A DNA stretch of 62,347 nt, the filler included, from Sphacelaria rigidula (Eukaryota), in the NCBI GenBank assembly GCA_964200075.2. It is 7 parts of 7 records of this genome, joined end to end, with 100 filler letters (N's around TTAATTAATTAA, not from the genome) between each part and the next. Parts side by side here need not be neighbours in the genome. Positions count along the whole stretch, not along the records: positions 8,923 to 17,744 come from CAXNAA020010022.1; positions 17,845 to 26,666 come from CAXNAA020010023.1; 5 more parts are not named here. One strand, written 5' to 3'. The notes under the pieces were generated by a model. The model was not told the DNA's origin, did no database searches, and saw only the letters and a program-made list of their open reading frames with translations. Position 1 is the first letter of the stretch; every line of letters begins with the position of its first letter. Both the position numbers and the translations under genes were made by a program. Shown in pieces: positions 11,576-23,425 of the stretch.

Positions 11576-12738
11576 AACCCTTTTGGGACTGGGCCTCCAG
11601 AACGACCAACGAGGCTGGTTAGGANNNNNNNNNNCTCATGTTGCTAAAAATCAACGTATGTATGTAACGGCAGGGTTAGATGAAGACCGAAAGTTTCATC
11701 CAATATATTTTCAGGTACAGACTTCGGGTGTTGTGCGCATCAGGCAATGTACAGATGTATCAAGCGGTGTCAGTCGCCGTGGAGAACTTTCAACTGGATG
11801 TTATTGGCAACTGACGTCCGCCACTTGTGGCCTTGGATATTGTCCCCATCCCCCTGCCACACAGCCCTTTGTGGTCGGGGTGGGCCTCGATTTCCCTCTT
11901 TGTTGCAAGCGGCAAATTCTCTTCGAACGGCGTGGGCGTTGCGCCGCAGATACAGTACAGTACGACTCTTCGAATGCAGCAGCAGCTGCCGCCGCATACT
12001 CCTTCACATGTTCTGGGCAGTTCTTCGCGACGGAGATCAGCTGCCTATACACAGCTTGCCCGTTCCCGTCGATTACATACGACCTCACAACCTGTTGTAC
12101 CGCTTCGACAGGGATACGCGGAACCCATGCCTCTAGCTCCGTCTCTCGTCCCACAGCGTTGCTAGATTCAGTCGTCTTTTAAACTTAACCACATATTTAG
12201 TAGGGTACATTTATTCCCGAATTTCCCCCGAGCAAAACGTGTTGGTGTAATGAACTAGGTTTGACCAAAGAATGGTGACTCCAAAACAAATCGGGGGAGT
12301 GGAGGTCGGACCTGTATAAAATGCAAGTAAATAATAAAAAATCGGGAATCCGAGCCCCGACCACTTGGGCTTTCTTTTGCTTCGAAGACTGTTTTGTAGG
12401 GCTGTGAACTGGCTGCTTTCGCCAGTTGAAATTAAACTGGCCACGCCAGCGGCTAGTACATCGATTATTTTCCAGTTAGTCGGCTTCGCCGATTAACTGA
12501 AGAACAATCGGCGGCGAGCGGCTTCGCCGCTCGCCAACGCTGCCGGAGGCGAGAAAAATTGCGCTATTTGGCTTGTTTTTCCTTGAAAAATGTGGAATTT
12601 GTAGAAAATGTGACCCTTCACATTGACGGGCTAAAAGTCTTGGATGACACAGGAATGCTCCGAACAAAGCCTCCGAGACCCTATGTACCCCCTCCCCCCC
12701 CCCCTCCGGGGGTCGTAGGATTTTGTTTTCTTCAGATT

Positions 12739-12830
12739 AAGAAAACTCAATAAATAGTCATTTGGGGGTGACTTTGGTGAGGTAGCACAAGATGCGACGC
12801 ACATGGGACGCAAATTAAATATGCAGCAGC
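12739..12830 (+). repeat. Dispersed repeat; copy at ~53603-53720
   Basis: Shared CATTTGGGGG.GACTT.GGTGAGGTAGC and CACAAGATGCGACGCACAT.GGACGC. Confidence 0.65.
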
Positions 12831-14312
12831 AGACTCTCCGTGAGGAGAGGAGGGTGCAAACAAGCCAAGGCTGGCAGCACGCGGGGATAGGAGCGCAAAA
12901 TGGTTCACGTCCGCAGTCACAAGCACGCATGCAGTTGAATGGCAAGCCATGGTGTACTTTGTATTTTGTGTCGCGGATTACCGTTTGTTTGCTATTTTTG
13001 GTTCTAGATGTGTCGTGCTATGAAACGACAAACATGGCATATATCCGCAAATCAGTTCGAGGTGTAGTGACCACGAGTACTGTACTGTACTGTTTGTACC
13101 TGTACTGTAGTCAGGTGCAGATCCCAATGTCATTTTGTTCGTAATCATGTAAGCATCTTTGTTATAAACTCACCATACTGAAAATAGTATAAACATAGCC
13201 GGTAACGGCAAACTTCAAATAAACTGGATAAACTAGAGTCCTTATATCACCAGTTTCAGTTAAACTCCAGTTCCAGTTTAACTGCCAGTGCAACCTGATC
13301 CAGTTCACAGCCCTACTTTTTCGTGGGCCAGAGACAGGGTACACACACCCACTTTGCAGTGACATCACTCCCGGCGACAGCCCCCCTCCACTGGTTGTTT
13401 GGATGTGGTGGATAAATTTCGCCTCGCCCTGATTTGGCAGGTCGCTCCCAGACTCGTTGATTATTTTTTTTACGAATTCATGGTGGGCCCCTTGTTACTG
13501 TGCTTCAGTCCCAAAAGGGTTGATTATTTATATTTTAGTATACCACAAGTGCTTTTTTTCGCGGTTTTCTTAGCACAGGAAGCAAGCCGGCCTGTGGGGC
13601 TTCACAGACCCCCGCACACTCGAAGCACCTAGGAAACGCTGTACCAACTTTCCTGATATCGCCACAGCGGACCCAAAAAACGGCCGTTTTTTCTGTAAAT
13701 TTTGGGACACTTTGGTGCATTTTTGTTGCGTCAAGCGTTTGTGGAATGAGTGAAAGAAAGTTGTGACATCGTTCTAGTTTGAGTGTGTTGGAAGCGCGCG
13801 AATCAAACCGCGGTGTAATCCGCTGCTTGGTTCCTGAGAAACCTCCGCTGAAACATCGGCTCAGCAACGTATTTCAACAAGAGGTACGCAACAACACGAG
13901 TAGCAGCTTCCATTCTCCTGTAGGTGTGACACTGTATACAGCTTTACAGCAATGTCACAGGCTTGTTATAGAATCTACGATAATCATAGTACCTTTTGTA
14001 TGAACGTGGTCGTTATTTTGAGGTCGTGTGTGTACTTGTGATTTATTCTGATTGGCTCATGTAGGCTTCATTTCTTCTGTAGACAGGAGTCGAGGGCCAC
14101 CTTCCGGAAATATAGCACCCCAAATCGACTCTAACCCATCAAGGAGTAGCGTAGGCATGAGGGTCCGAGTAGGAAGAAGCTTCGAATTGATGACCAAACA
14201 ATGGTGCCGGACCCGACACGTTTCCCTCCCCCCACGTCTGTTGACACGATATTGTCCGCACTTCGTGATGTTCCAAAAACACTGTCGATGACAAACAACG
14301 CGTTCATATCAG

Positions 14313-14533
14313 GAGGCACGAAGGACTGCGATCACTGGCACCAGGGAGCCGGTTTCGTGACCTCGCACATGACGCTGACCCTCATGTACGAGGAGGCCCT
14401 GCAGGCCGTCAACCCGGCCGTGTCCGTGCCCTACTGGGACTTTACGCTGGAGAGCACCTTCTTCGATGCCACGGACTTCCGCCAGAGCGGCGTGTTTGCT
14501 GACGACTGGTTCGGCGCAGCCACTACAGGCAAC
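14313..14533 (+). CDS. Internal exon of a tyrosinase-family (type-3 di-copper) protein, CuA region
   Basis: GTKDCDHWHQGAGFVTSHMTLTLMYEEALQAVNPAVSVPYWDFTLES: H-x8-H CuA ligands and the PYWD motif. Acceptor TCAG at 14309-14312, donor GTACGT at 14534. Strong GC3 bias. Confidence 0.88.
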
Positions 14534-14594
14534 GTACGTATGTGTGATTAATGTAATACAAGCTGGGCCGCCCAAAATGCCACCAGGAATGTTG

Positions 14595-15160
14595 AAACGC
14601 GAGTCGTGCGCTCAATTTTGGATCGTTTCCGCTGAAATTTTGATACAAAGTACACGATGGATGTGCGAGTACCCAACCTTTCCCCCCATTTCCCCCTTTT
14701 TTCTTCGTGAGTTATTGGCAACTTTTTTCCGAAAAAAAATGTTTCGAAATGTTCCGTCGACAATTACTCACGAAGGAAAAAAGAAACATAGGGGGAAGGT
14801 TTGGTCTTCGTACATGCGCCCTGTACATCGTGTCGAGTTTTCTTCGAAAACGATCCAAAATCGAGCGCACTACTCGCGTCATTCCGTCGACAACCAGTTT
14901 CTTGAGTATATGAAGATGCACCAGTTACGAATATTTCATATGTATTCATGCTGTTCAATTTCAAGCTGTTTTCAATGGAATTCTGACACAATGTACAGGA
15001 CGTATGCGCGACGACCCCCTCTTACCCCCCCTGTTTGTTTTTTCTTACTTCGTGAGTTATTTGTCATGTTGTTACGTAAAAAATGTTCTGAAATGTTCCG
15101 TCGCCAATAACTCACGTAAGAAAAAAAATCATGGGAGGAAAGGTTTGATCTTCGCACATA
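14595..15160. repeat. Tandemly duplicated hairpin-forming repeat (~345-bp period)
   Basis: TTCGTGAGTTATT...AATTACTCACG(A/T)A hairpin at ~14704-14775 and ~15049-15119. The second copy is interrupted by the element at 15169. Confidence 0.7.
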
Positions 15161-15168
15161 AGCCTTCC

Positions 15169-15775
15169 AAGGTTGTGTTCTGTAGGGTATTTTGTATACC
15201 CGGGGTATTTTCCCGGGTATTTACCGTACCCGACACTTTCATATCGGTACCCCGACAGTTCTGTAAGCTGTGTAAGGTTTACATACCCTTACCCAATAGT
15301 TGTGTGAGTTCTGTAAGCCTCCCGTACCGTTGCCGGGGGGCACGGGTATACTTTTGACAGTTTTCTGTGCAGCTTCCATATCCTGCCCGACAGTTTCTGT
15401 GAGTCTTGTACGCCTCGCAAACCATTGCCCGACAGTTCCGTGAGTTCTGTACGTGATGTATGCTCGTACCCGGAGCGCGGGTGTGCCCTTGAAGAAATAC
15501 CCGATTGGCGGCACGGTGGTCTGTAAGCCTCCCGTACCGTACCCGACAAGTTTTGTAATTTCTGTAAGACTTTGAGACCGGTACCCGACAGTTTTGTGAG
15601 TCTGGAAGACTTTCACAACTGTACCCGACAAGTTTTGTAATTTCTGTAAGACTTTCAAACCGGTACAGTTCTGTGAGTCTGTAAGACTTTCACACCTGTA
15701 CCCGATATTTCTGTAAGTTCTGTAAGGAATCCTATACCCTACAGAACATACCCGTACCCTACAGAACACGAGCTT
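15169..15775. mobile_element. MITE with TIR AAGGTTGTGTTCTGTAGGGTA and internal GTACCCGACAGTTCTGTGAG-type subrepeats; relative at 46331-46709
   Basis: Inverted ends GGTTGTGTTCTGTAGGGTA / TACCCTACAGAACAC and many TACCCG motifs. No clear TSD. Confidence 0.7.
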
Positions 15776-17077
15776 CAAAATTTCGTCGAAAACGAATAAA
15801 TATTGAGCTCGGGAATTGTGCTACAGCTTGTGCGGCACAACCGGCTCTAACCGAAAATATAATCTCAGCAGTTTTCTTGTGGCTAATTCTGCCCCACATA
15901 ATACCCTCAATCATCTACACTTTTGCACGTGACTACAGTTTGGTATTTCGTTTGATGATACCTTATCGGATCGCAGTGCTACATGCATGTGAAGACGCGT
16001 GCTGATTTGCACATCACCACGATGTGTCATGGGCACAACTCGCGATACATCGTTAGTTAGAACGGGCTTTAGGAGAGTGAGCTTCTTAGGCGGACCAGCC
16101 TGTATTATATTCCGTTCGTCGCGAGTGTGAGGAAGGGGTGGGCAAGGCGGGGTAGGCGAGGGCCCGGGAAGGTTTGAAGTTTGGGATCCGTTTGTGTGTT
16201 CTTGTGTGTATTGGTACAGTTTTGATGAATGAGATGCGCTGTTTTTTCAAGTGAGTGGTGAAGAGGGTGGAGGACGGGTACCTCTTTTTCGCAGCGCAGA
16301 ACCATAATCCCATGTTTCATCTTTGCATTATTCTGTCGAGTCCTCGGAACGGAGCTGGAAGTGTTTCGAGGGGCAGGGCTTTGGGTCGACTGATATTTTT
16401 TTTGCATGATTTAAGGGTCGAGTACCGAGGGCAATGAAACGGAGCAGGGTTCGGATCACAAGTCGCAGTCTCGTGAGGGAGGAATCGGTGAAGTCACAGC
16501 AGTGTTTGTGGCGGGTAAACAGCACGGTACTCGTCTGCCGAAATATGTGTCAACAGCGTTGTGTACTGAATTATTCAGCAGTCTCTGTGGTTTCTTGTGA
16601 AGGCAAAAAAAATGGGTTGCAGCTTCCGTCTCGAGATCTGTGACGAATTCTGCAATGGTGATAGTCCCATGGTCCACAGTTGTAAAAGGGGAGGTAAAAC
16701 GAGACTTCCGAGGAACTTGAAGAGTGGAAAAAAAAAAAAACAGTTTCCGATACATTCTCTGAGGTGTATACACACTTCATTTGTAAAGGCTGTCTCCTTC
16801 TCTCCTGATGAGCTCAGGTTCAGCGGATGATGGCGTTGTTGGCAGTAGTTTTGTGCTTGACACGAGGTAATCTTGTACCGGGAGACAGCATCCCTGTGTT
16901 TTGCATGATCAAAACTCATGGACGTCATCAGCGAAACGATTAAAAAACAGTAGGAAGCAGCGCGGGCATGAATCACAGGAGAGGGGCAGCAACTAGCCCG
17001 TAATGAGATTCAGAACAGCAAGAGGTTTGAGAATCGCACAACGGTGTTGGGCCCAACAGCAGCAACAACGGTGAGCT

Positions 17078-17215
17078 TGTTCGCAATTTTTTCGGACGAA
17101 AATATTCGCGATCAATCTGAAAACCAACGCTGCTCGTTTTGTTCGCAATTTTTTCGGACGAAAATATTCGCGATCAATCTGTATACCAACGCTGCTCGTT
17201 TTGTTCGCAATTTTC
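17078..17215. repeat. ~62-bp tandem repeat (2.3 units)
   Basis: GTTCGCAATTTTTTCGGACGAAAATATTCGCGATCAATCTG repeated. Confidence 0.85.
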
Positions 17216-17340
17216 TCTGATGAAATTCTCACCAGTACATAGATCCGTACGCTGTCCGAGGTGAAAGTAAAAGGGGGGGGAGGGGGGAGAAAAACTCTCC
17301 GTCCTCCGTTCTGTTCGGGTAATGAAATGCCCAAGTTGCA

Positions 17341-17565
17341 TGTTGTGTTGTCGTCCCATCCATTCTGTACGCCGGTCTACCTTTTGGCGTATGTGGATGC
17401 ACGAGCCGCGTTGACACAGGAAGAAGGTAAACACAGGAGTGTTTTCTTTTTGTTTGTCTTTAGTACTCCACCTTCCTTATGCGGTGCTTGCCTTTATTTT
17501 TCGTCTCGAGAGGGGTTCAGCACTTCCTTTCCCTCGTTGACCGTCAAGTCGAATTTTGTGCACGT
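17341..17565 (-). mobile_element. SINE (main family), 5'-truncated or degraded
   Basis: Reverse complement of the SINE body and the GGGA(T/C)GACAACAC tail. Confidence 0.8.
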
Positions 17566-17967
17566 ACGAATAGCACGTGATTATTACATTGGTCATACTC
17601 CTCAATTATACTTTGCAGTCCAAAAATCCTTGTGATGATGTTTACCCATTCTCTCCCCCCCTCCCCCACTCCCGATAATAGCAATAGAAGCAGCAGAGCA
17701 AGGGGTTCAGGTGGGTGAGGATATGGTATCAGGATTGATGTTCGNNNNNNNNNNNNNNNNNNNNNNNNNNNNNNNNNNNNNNNNNNNNTTAATTAATTAA
17801 NNNNNNNNNNNNNNNNNNNNNNNNNNNNNNNNNNNNNNNNNNNNCAAACAAAGCGCCGTGCTCTTGTGCACACGCAGAAAAAAACAGAACGGAATAAAGT
17901 TAATATTTCGCGGAGATATGAACGATTAAAAAAAATTGTATCTTAATTGGTACATTTCCCTCTAACA

Positions 17968-18443
17968 GGTCACTCCTTATAACAGACGAGAATAAAAATC
18001 TGGAAAAATGCCGCTGTGCCTTTTTGGAGCTTCAACGTCGTTTCACGCCCCAAAAGAGAGCTAGGCGGAGTTTGACACGTTGGGATGACTTGGTCTACTA
18101 GTTGAGGCGATTCCAGGACATGTTCCCGTTTCCCAGTGGCCGCAATTTTCATTTTGGCCAAACGAAAAATTTTGTCCAAAAACGGTCAAAAACAGTCAAA
18201 TCTAGAAAAAATCGCCACTTTTCTCTGGACTTGACAGTTTTTGACGAATATTTTTGATTGGCCAAAATGAAAACTGCGGCCACCGGAAAACGGCAACATG
18301 TCCTAGAACCGCCTCAACTTGTAGAGCAAGTCAATCTGAGGTGTCAAACTCCACCTAGCTCTTTTTGGGGGCTTAAAACGACGTATAAGCTCCAAAAAGG
18401 CACTTTTCCAGATTTTTGTTCTTGTCTGTTATAAGGAGCGGCC
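17968..18443. mobile_element. Fold-back MITE (~475 bp, almost wholly inverted repeat) with Harbinger-like termini
   Basis: GGTCACTCCTTATAACAGACGAGAA ... TTCTTGTCTGTTATAAGGAGCGGCC with arms of ~220 bp. The right flank is TTA; the left flank ACA does not match. Confidence 0.8.
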
Positions 18444-18524
18444 TTAATAGAGCCCTCTTCCATTACTTGATCTAGGTAGCTCATGAGCTGCCCCATGTGT
18501 GTTTCATGTCCTTTCTTCGAGCAA

Positions 18525-18771
18525 TGCTACGATAGGGGTGAAATTTTTTCGCAGAATTTTGTCTGGTTCTGGGGCTCCTAATGAATCTAGACGCACAAGA
18601 ACATGGGTCAGGGCATCTCCGTTCGCAGATTTATTCGGGATATCCCCAGCACATTGAAATAGTAATCCTAGCGTACTCTCGCATATTTTCATAAGTCGTG
18701 TTTTGGATGAGGTAAAGGGTTCATGACAATTCTCACCTCTCAGAAAGTATGTGTGCACCCCTACCGTAGCA
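18525..18771 (-). mobile_element. ~245-bp MITE with TIR TGCTACGGTAGGGGTGCAC
   Basis: Inverted ends. Copies at 37681-37925, 35407-35587 (cut by the scaffold end) and 20657-21174 (interrupted). Confidence 0.85.
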
Positions 18772-18954
18772 TTACTCTTCGATTACTTACTCGAGGGAGC
18801 TCATGAGCTGCTCCACGTGTGTTTCCTGTTTTTCCTTTTCGTTTCATTTCTTCCTTGTGCCTCAAAGTATTCATGATTTTTACATTCTCCTCACATACCT
18901 TGGGGGGGGGTACATGTAAATTGTGACCACGGCTGTGCGACACTCACTTCACGT

Positions 18955-19177
18955 TCGACGGGGGAAAGGTACTGTAGTGCTGAACCCCTCTCTCTCTTTA
19001 AAAAAAAATACGGCAAGCACCGCAGAAGGAAGGGGGAGAACTAAAACAAATAAAGAGGGAAAAAAAAAACTCCTGTGTTGGCCTCACCTCCTGTGTGACT
19101 CCGGCTGGTGACCGGCGTCTAGAATAGATGGGATGACAACACAACACAACACTCACTCCCTCACTCATTCACTCACC
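18955..19177 (+). mobile_element. SINE (main family), 5'-truncated
   Basis: TGCTGAACCCCTCTC...GCAAGCACCGCAGAAGGAAGG...AGAATAGATGGGATGACAACACAAC plus a (CACT)n-like tail. Confidence 0.8.
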
Positions 19178-20656
19178 CAGCCGAACGAACGATCATCAGA
19201 TTCAGACAAAGCATGTACCGGCCCAATACATCGTGGATATCACGGTACGGGAACGGGGTGCTACATGCACCGCGTAGGTTCAGGCGGTCGGTCAACAACT
19301 CTACACAAGGTTAAGCCAGATTCTTATTTGGTGAAAAGCCGGACAGACGATATCTGCAAGATCGAGTGCCTGGTTTTTTTCATCAATTCATTGATTGTCG
19401 CACATGAACTCACGAACTCATCCACCGCCAATCCGGTTGAGCTTAGGTGACACCATATAGACGTGCGTGAACCACAAGGTGAACGGCCTTGACTCCTTCG
19501 ACGCGGCCCCGTCAGGTATCCAGTACTAAAGCTGAACAGTACCCCAAGTGGACCACTGGAATTATGCCAAAAAAGGTACTTGCGTCAAACACGTAATAGA
19601 GTGAGGGATAGGGACCCCGAAATAACTTCACGCACTGTACGTCGCCATGAGAACGGAAAGGGGTTGCTTGCAAACAGAAAAAGAGGTGCTCAGCTATAGC
19701 ATCGATCGGGGTGACTTGCCACCGTTGGATGTCAGACAGTGATTTTGAATCTTAAAGAGGTCTGGCGTCGGAGGGGTTGTGTAAACCCAAACCCCGTCGC
19801 TCCGCTGTCACACGTGGTGGATGCGTTGCACCTTGATACCACCGGTATATACAGGAACGAAACCCAAGACCGTTCGTTCATCACTTGTATTCCCACTTTG
19901 CTCTTAATACAAACCATCGCGACACCGATCTGCAGACTGCGCGACCCACCACGACGACGCTCTATACATCTGCAGGTTTCACGACGATGTTATTCAACCA
20001 CACTTATGTTGTTTGTTTTACCCGGGAAATGGTGGTTAGGAGGGCAATCTCGCAGTTTTTCATGGTCGTGAAACATCGGAGGAGAGATTTGAACCCATCG
20101 CTGCTGTACAGGGGATCTCCCCTGCCCCAAAAGAGGCATGAGGCCGTGCCTCAGCGATTGATTTTATCGATCGAAAAGGTGCGACGGGAAAAAAAAAATC
20201 GGATCTAATCGGTCGTCTTTCATGACCATGTCACTCATGTTAAAATGACAACCCCTCAGACGGGGGAATTTTTCTTCCCTCCAAGCTTTTTCGATGGAAA
20301 AATGGTGTGCAAAGACAGGCCCTGAGGAGAGCAACCTAGCGAATCAGCTTTTGCAGTCTCGAAACGGGAATTGAAGTCGAATTTCTATTCTCCTTTTTTC
20401 ATTCTCTTCATCACACTTCCGACCTTTTCCTTACTCGGGACGGTCCCGTCGTCTCGAGGGTTCAAACCATCTCTGCCCCGGGTCACGCCTTACATCTTCA
20501 GTATCAGGGATTGGATCAACTATCGCCCGACAAGCTTCCTCAATGCTCTTCACTTTCCTCACGTTGTTTTCCAAACGACGGCAATCAAACACTTTCTTAG
20601 GAGTGAAAAATATATGTATCTGCGGGATACTCGAGCCCTCGATGACTGGTTAGTGT

Positions 20657-21174
20657 TGCTGCGGTAGGGGTGCACAAACATCTCCTGAGGTTAGATTTGT
20701 TGCCGCCGGGGTTGGGCGGATCATGGCTGGTTCCGATCACCAAATCTGCGATTTCTGAGGCCTCCGAAGACAGAAAACAGTTACGATCGTCGGTCAAAAA
20801 CGTCTGTAGGCGAACTTTGTGCGTTTGCACGTACCTGTGGTGCGCGTTCCTGCGGTGCGACGCTGAAATCAAAGCCTGAGGATTAATTCGCACAGTACTG
20901 TACGAATCAATTTTACTAGGACGAAATAATTCTCAGGCTCATCATCATTCGTCCCGATCCTTGAATAGTTAGGAGCCCTTTTGTCATCCAAAAATAGGAC
21001 TTCTGAAAACATGTCAGAGCACGTCACCACAATCAGCATTTCAATGGGCTAGGGATATCTCCAATAAAATTTTGAAACGGGAATGTCCTGACCAATATTC
21101 TTGAGTAGCTCCTAACTTTATGAGCCCCTCAATGAGAAAGATCTCGGCCCGAGTATTTAACCGCTACCGTTGCA
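20657..21174 (+). mobile_element. Diverged copy of the 245-bp MITE carrying a 266-bp insertion (20702-20967)
   Basis: The consensus ...TTGTT-AGGAGCCC... is split, with GTT on both sides of the insert. Confidence 0.7.
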
Positions 21175-21469
21175 TGGTGTCAATCTTCCACCGTTCAAGG
21201 GCTGCCAATCGGAGACTCCTGTCAGCTCATATCGGTTGTTGACCATGTCCTTGGTCGGTGACTCTGCGGTGCCCACTGGTGTGTCTGTATCTACTCTGCC
21301 GCCCTGAACCCCTTGGGTCTTTTTTCATCGTTTTTCTGTTCTTTTATTTAATTTGCTCTGTGCTTTCCTCTTCTTTCTCTTTTTTTCTTGTTTCAGGTCG
21401 GCCATTCCTTTCTGTGCTTTGCTTGCGTTGCCTTTTTCATCACCTTTCTTTTTGTTACGACTTAGTCTG

Positions 21470-21627
21470 CCATGTCGTTCTGTTCGACCCTCTTTTTTTT
21501 CCTCTGTTCCTTCTTTTCCTCAGAGCGTGATTCAGTTTAGTTTTTCTTGGGTACGTCTATCACGAGACCACGGCTGGACCCCTGGGGGGTCAGTTAAAGT
21601 GCGACAATCAATCAATCAATCAATCAA
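21470..21627 (+). mobile_element. 3' end of a non-LTR retroelement with a (CAAT)n tail
   Basis: Matches 960-1108. Ends GTGCGA(CAAT)5CAA. Confidence 0.65.
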
Positions 21628-21692
21628 CGGTACATGCTTTCAGTTACACAATTATTTTCAAACCACTGAGGTATCGCATGTTGTGTTTCTTG

Positions 21693-21873
21693 CACACCCT
21701 GGACAATATATGGCCAATAGATGGAATAGACAAAAATATGTACTGCGTCAAGTATAGGCCTATTGCAACTATCAACCATACACTGGACCATACCGACCAT
21801 AGTTATAGTAGGCCTATACTTTACACAGTACATTGTCTATTGCAGCTATCAACCATATACTGACCAGGTTGTG
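21693..21873. mobile_element. Short member of the CACACCCTGGACAA-TIR family
   Basis: Starts CACACCCTGGACAATA and ends TGACCAGGTTGTG. Flanks GTTTCTTG / ATTTATTG match at 6/8. Confidence 0.65.
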
Positions 21874-21903
21874 ATTTATTGACAAAGAAGGGTTGGTATT
21901 CAC

Positions 21904-21976
21904 CTGAACCAGAGCCTGAGCTGCTGCCCTCGCCCTCGTGGCTTTTTCGATTTCCTCCGCGCGATCCAAGCTTTCC
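21904..21976 (-). CDS. Putative isolated internal exon (coiled-coil-like peptide ESLDRAEEIEKATRARAAAQALVQ)
   Basis: Pyrimidine-rich acceptor TTGTTCAG and donor CAG|GTGAAT around an open, helical-looking frame. No homology recognised. Confidence 0.35.
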
Positions 21977-23274
21977 CTGAACAATAAATTCGCGGAAGAA
22001 AAAAAGCGAGCAGACAACCAACAACGACATGGCAAATATATAACTATAAGAGACAGCACAGCGGTAGGCGTACAGATCGGTGCTGTGCTATGCAGTACCA
22101 CATCGCTGGCTTCTCGTTGAGCATACGAAGCACGGGGTTGATCATCATCATTGTCATCATTATCGTCGTCATCATCATCATCAGCATCATCATCAAATGC
22201 AGTAATCGCGTAATTGTCTCTCCGCTCAGTACTCAGATCAGTACATTTGCGTCCGGTTTTTCCACAATTTATCCAACTAAAAATATGATTATTTCCGGAA
22301 CAATTTTGTACACTAGACGCTTGGACTGAGGAGGAGGAAACTGTCTCTCATCTCTGTCCCGCAGAAACAGGCCGAAGGATGATCCGCGACGAACGGTCAA
22401 CTTGTATGTTTACCCACAAAATCTGAAAACCCCGTAGTCTGCACACTACCAATACTACTCACTTACTCACTGCATCCATACACAGCTATTCAGTATTTTT
22501 TTATGGCGTCACGAACCCCCGCCAGCAATCCTGCACACCCATCGGCCAATAACGGCGGGTCCGACGTACGTGCGCTGCTAGAACACAGTGTGATGTCCGC
22601 CCTCCACCCTCACCCATCTATCCAACTGCACTGTGCACCAGTACGGTGAAATGTTGAGCTCTATACTATCTTGTGAATCTGTTGCGCTGCGCACTTTATG
22701 CAATACCAACCCCCTCCGAAACAAAAAAATGTACCCATCTGAGTAAGACGGTTAACGACTCTATCTTGGGTAAACTTTGTTGCGCAAACACGGCTGGCCC
22801 TCATCCAACACCACACAGATTGCCGTGAAACAAGGAGCACGTTGCATGGGCTAGGAAGAGCTAGCGCCAGGCGTGCTGCACTCATGCTTTGGATGTCTGT
22901 GCGTGTTCTCTAGGGTTGGGTTCTCAAGATGCGACGTGATTCAGTAGTGTTTTTCAGTCGCGCCTGTTGAAATCTCCAGACCTGTCTCCAGACGAATTTC
23001 CGTCAAACGAAAGCTTTATAGCAAGGGCTACCGCTGATGCGCATAGATTAGCAAGGGAATGCAAACTAATGCACGCATATGTGCGTGTTTTTTCGGGGCT
23101 CGGTATGTATGTGCTTTGTTGCCGCCCTGCCTCTCCCGTACCGCAACAGTAGAGTTGATCGGCGTTGGGCTGCAATATTTTCATGGTTGAAAGTACTTGA
23201 TTCGGGTGTGAACCAGAATCGGAATTCAGTGAGAATGACAGGCACGTGTGCTCCTCGCGTGTGCAGAGTGTATT

Positions 23275-23425
23275 TTCGTTCAAATCGGCGCCACAGGCGC
23301 CGATTTCGGGTCTATTAACGCCACACTTCGCCTAGGAAATCCTACGCACCTCCCTTGCCCGAGGGTTCTCGGTATGCCCGAGGTTGGGATTAGGGTTTTA
23401 GGAGTAGCGCCTTCACTACCGAAAC
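23275..23425 (+). repeat. Dispersed family with a 26-nt core plus telomere-like tract; copies at 24135-24386 (-, continuing 25989-26040), 46900-47225 (+), ~48183-48312 (+), ~58255-58320 (+)
   Basis: CCCTTGCCCGAGGGTTCTCGGTATGC is identical at 23352, 24217 (rc) and 47127, and is followed by GGTTAGGG-like repeats. Confidence 0.8.
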
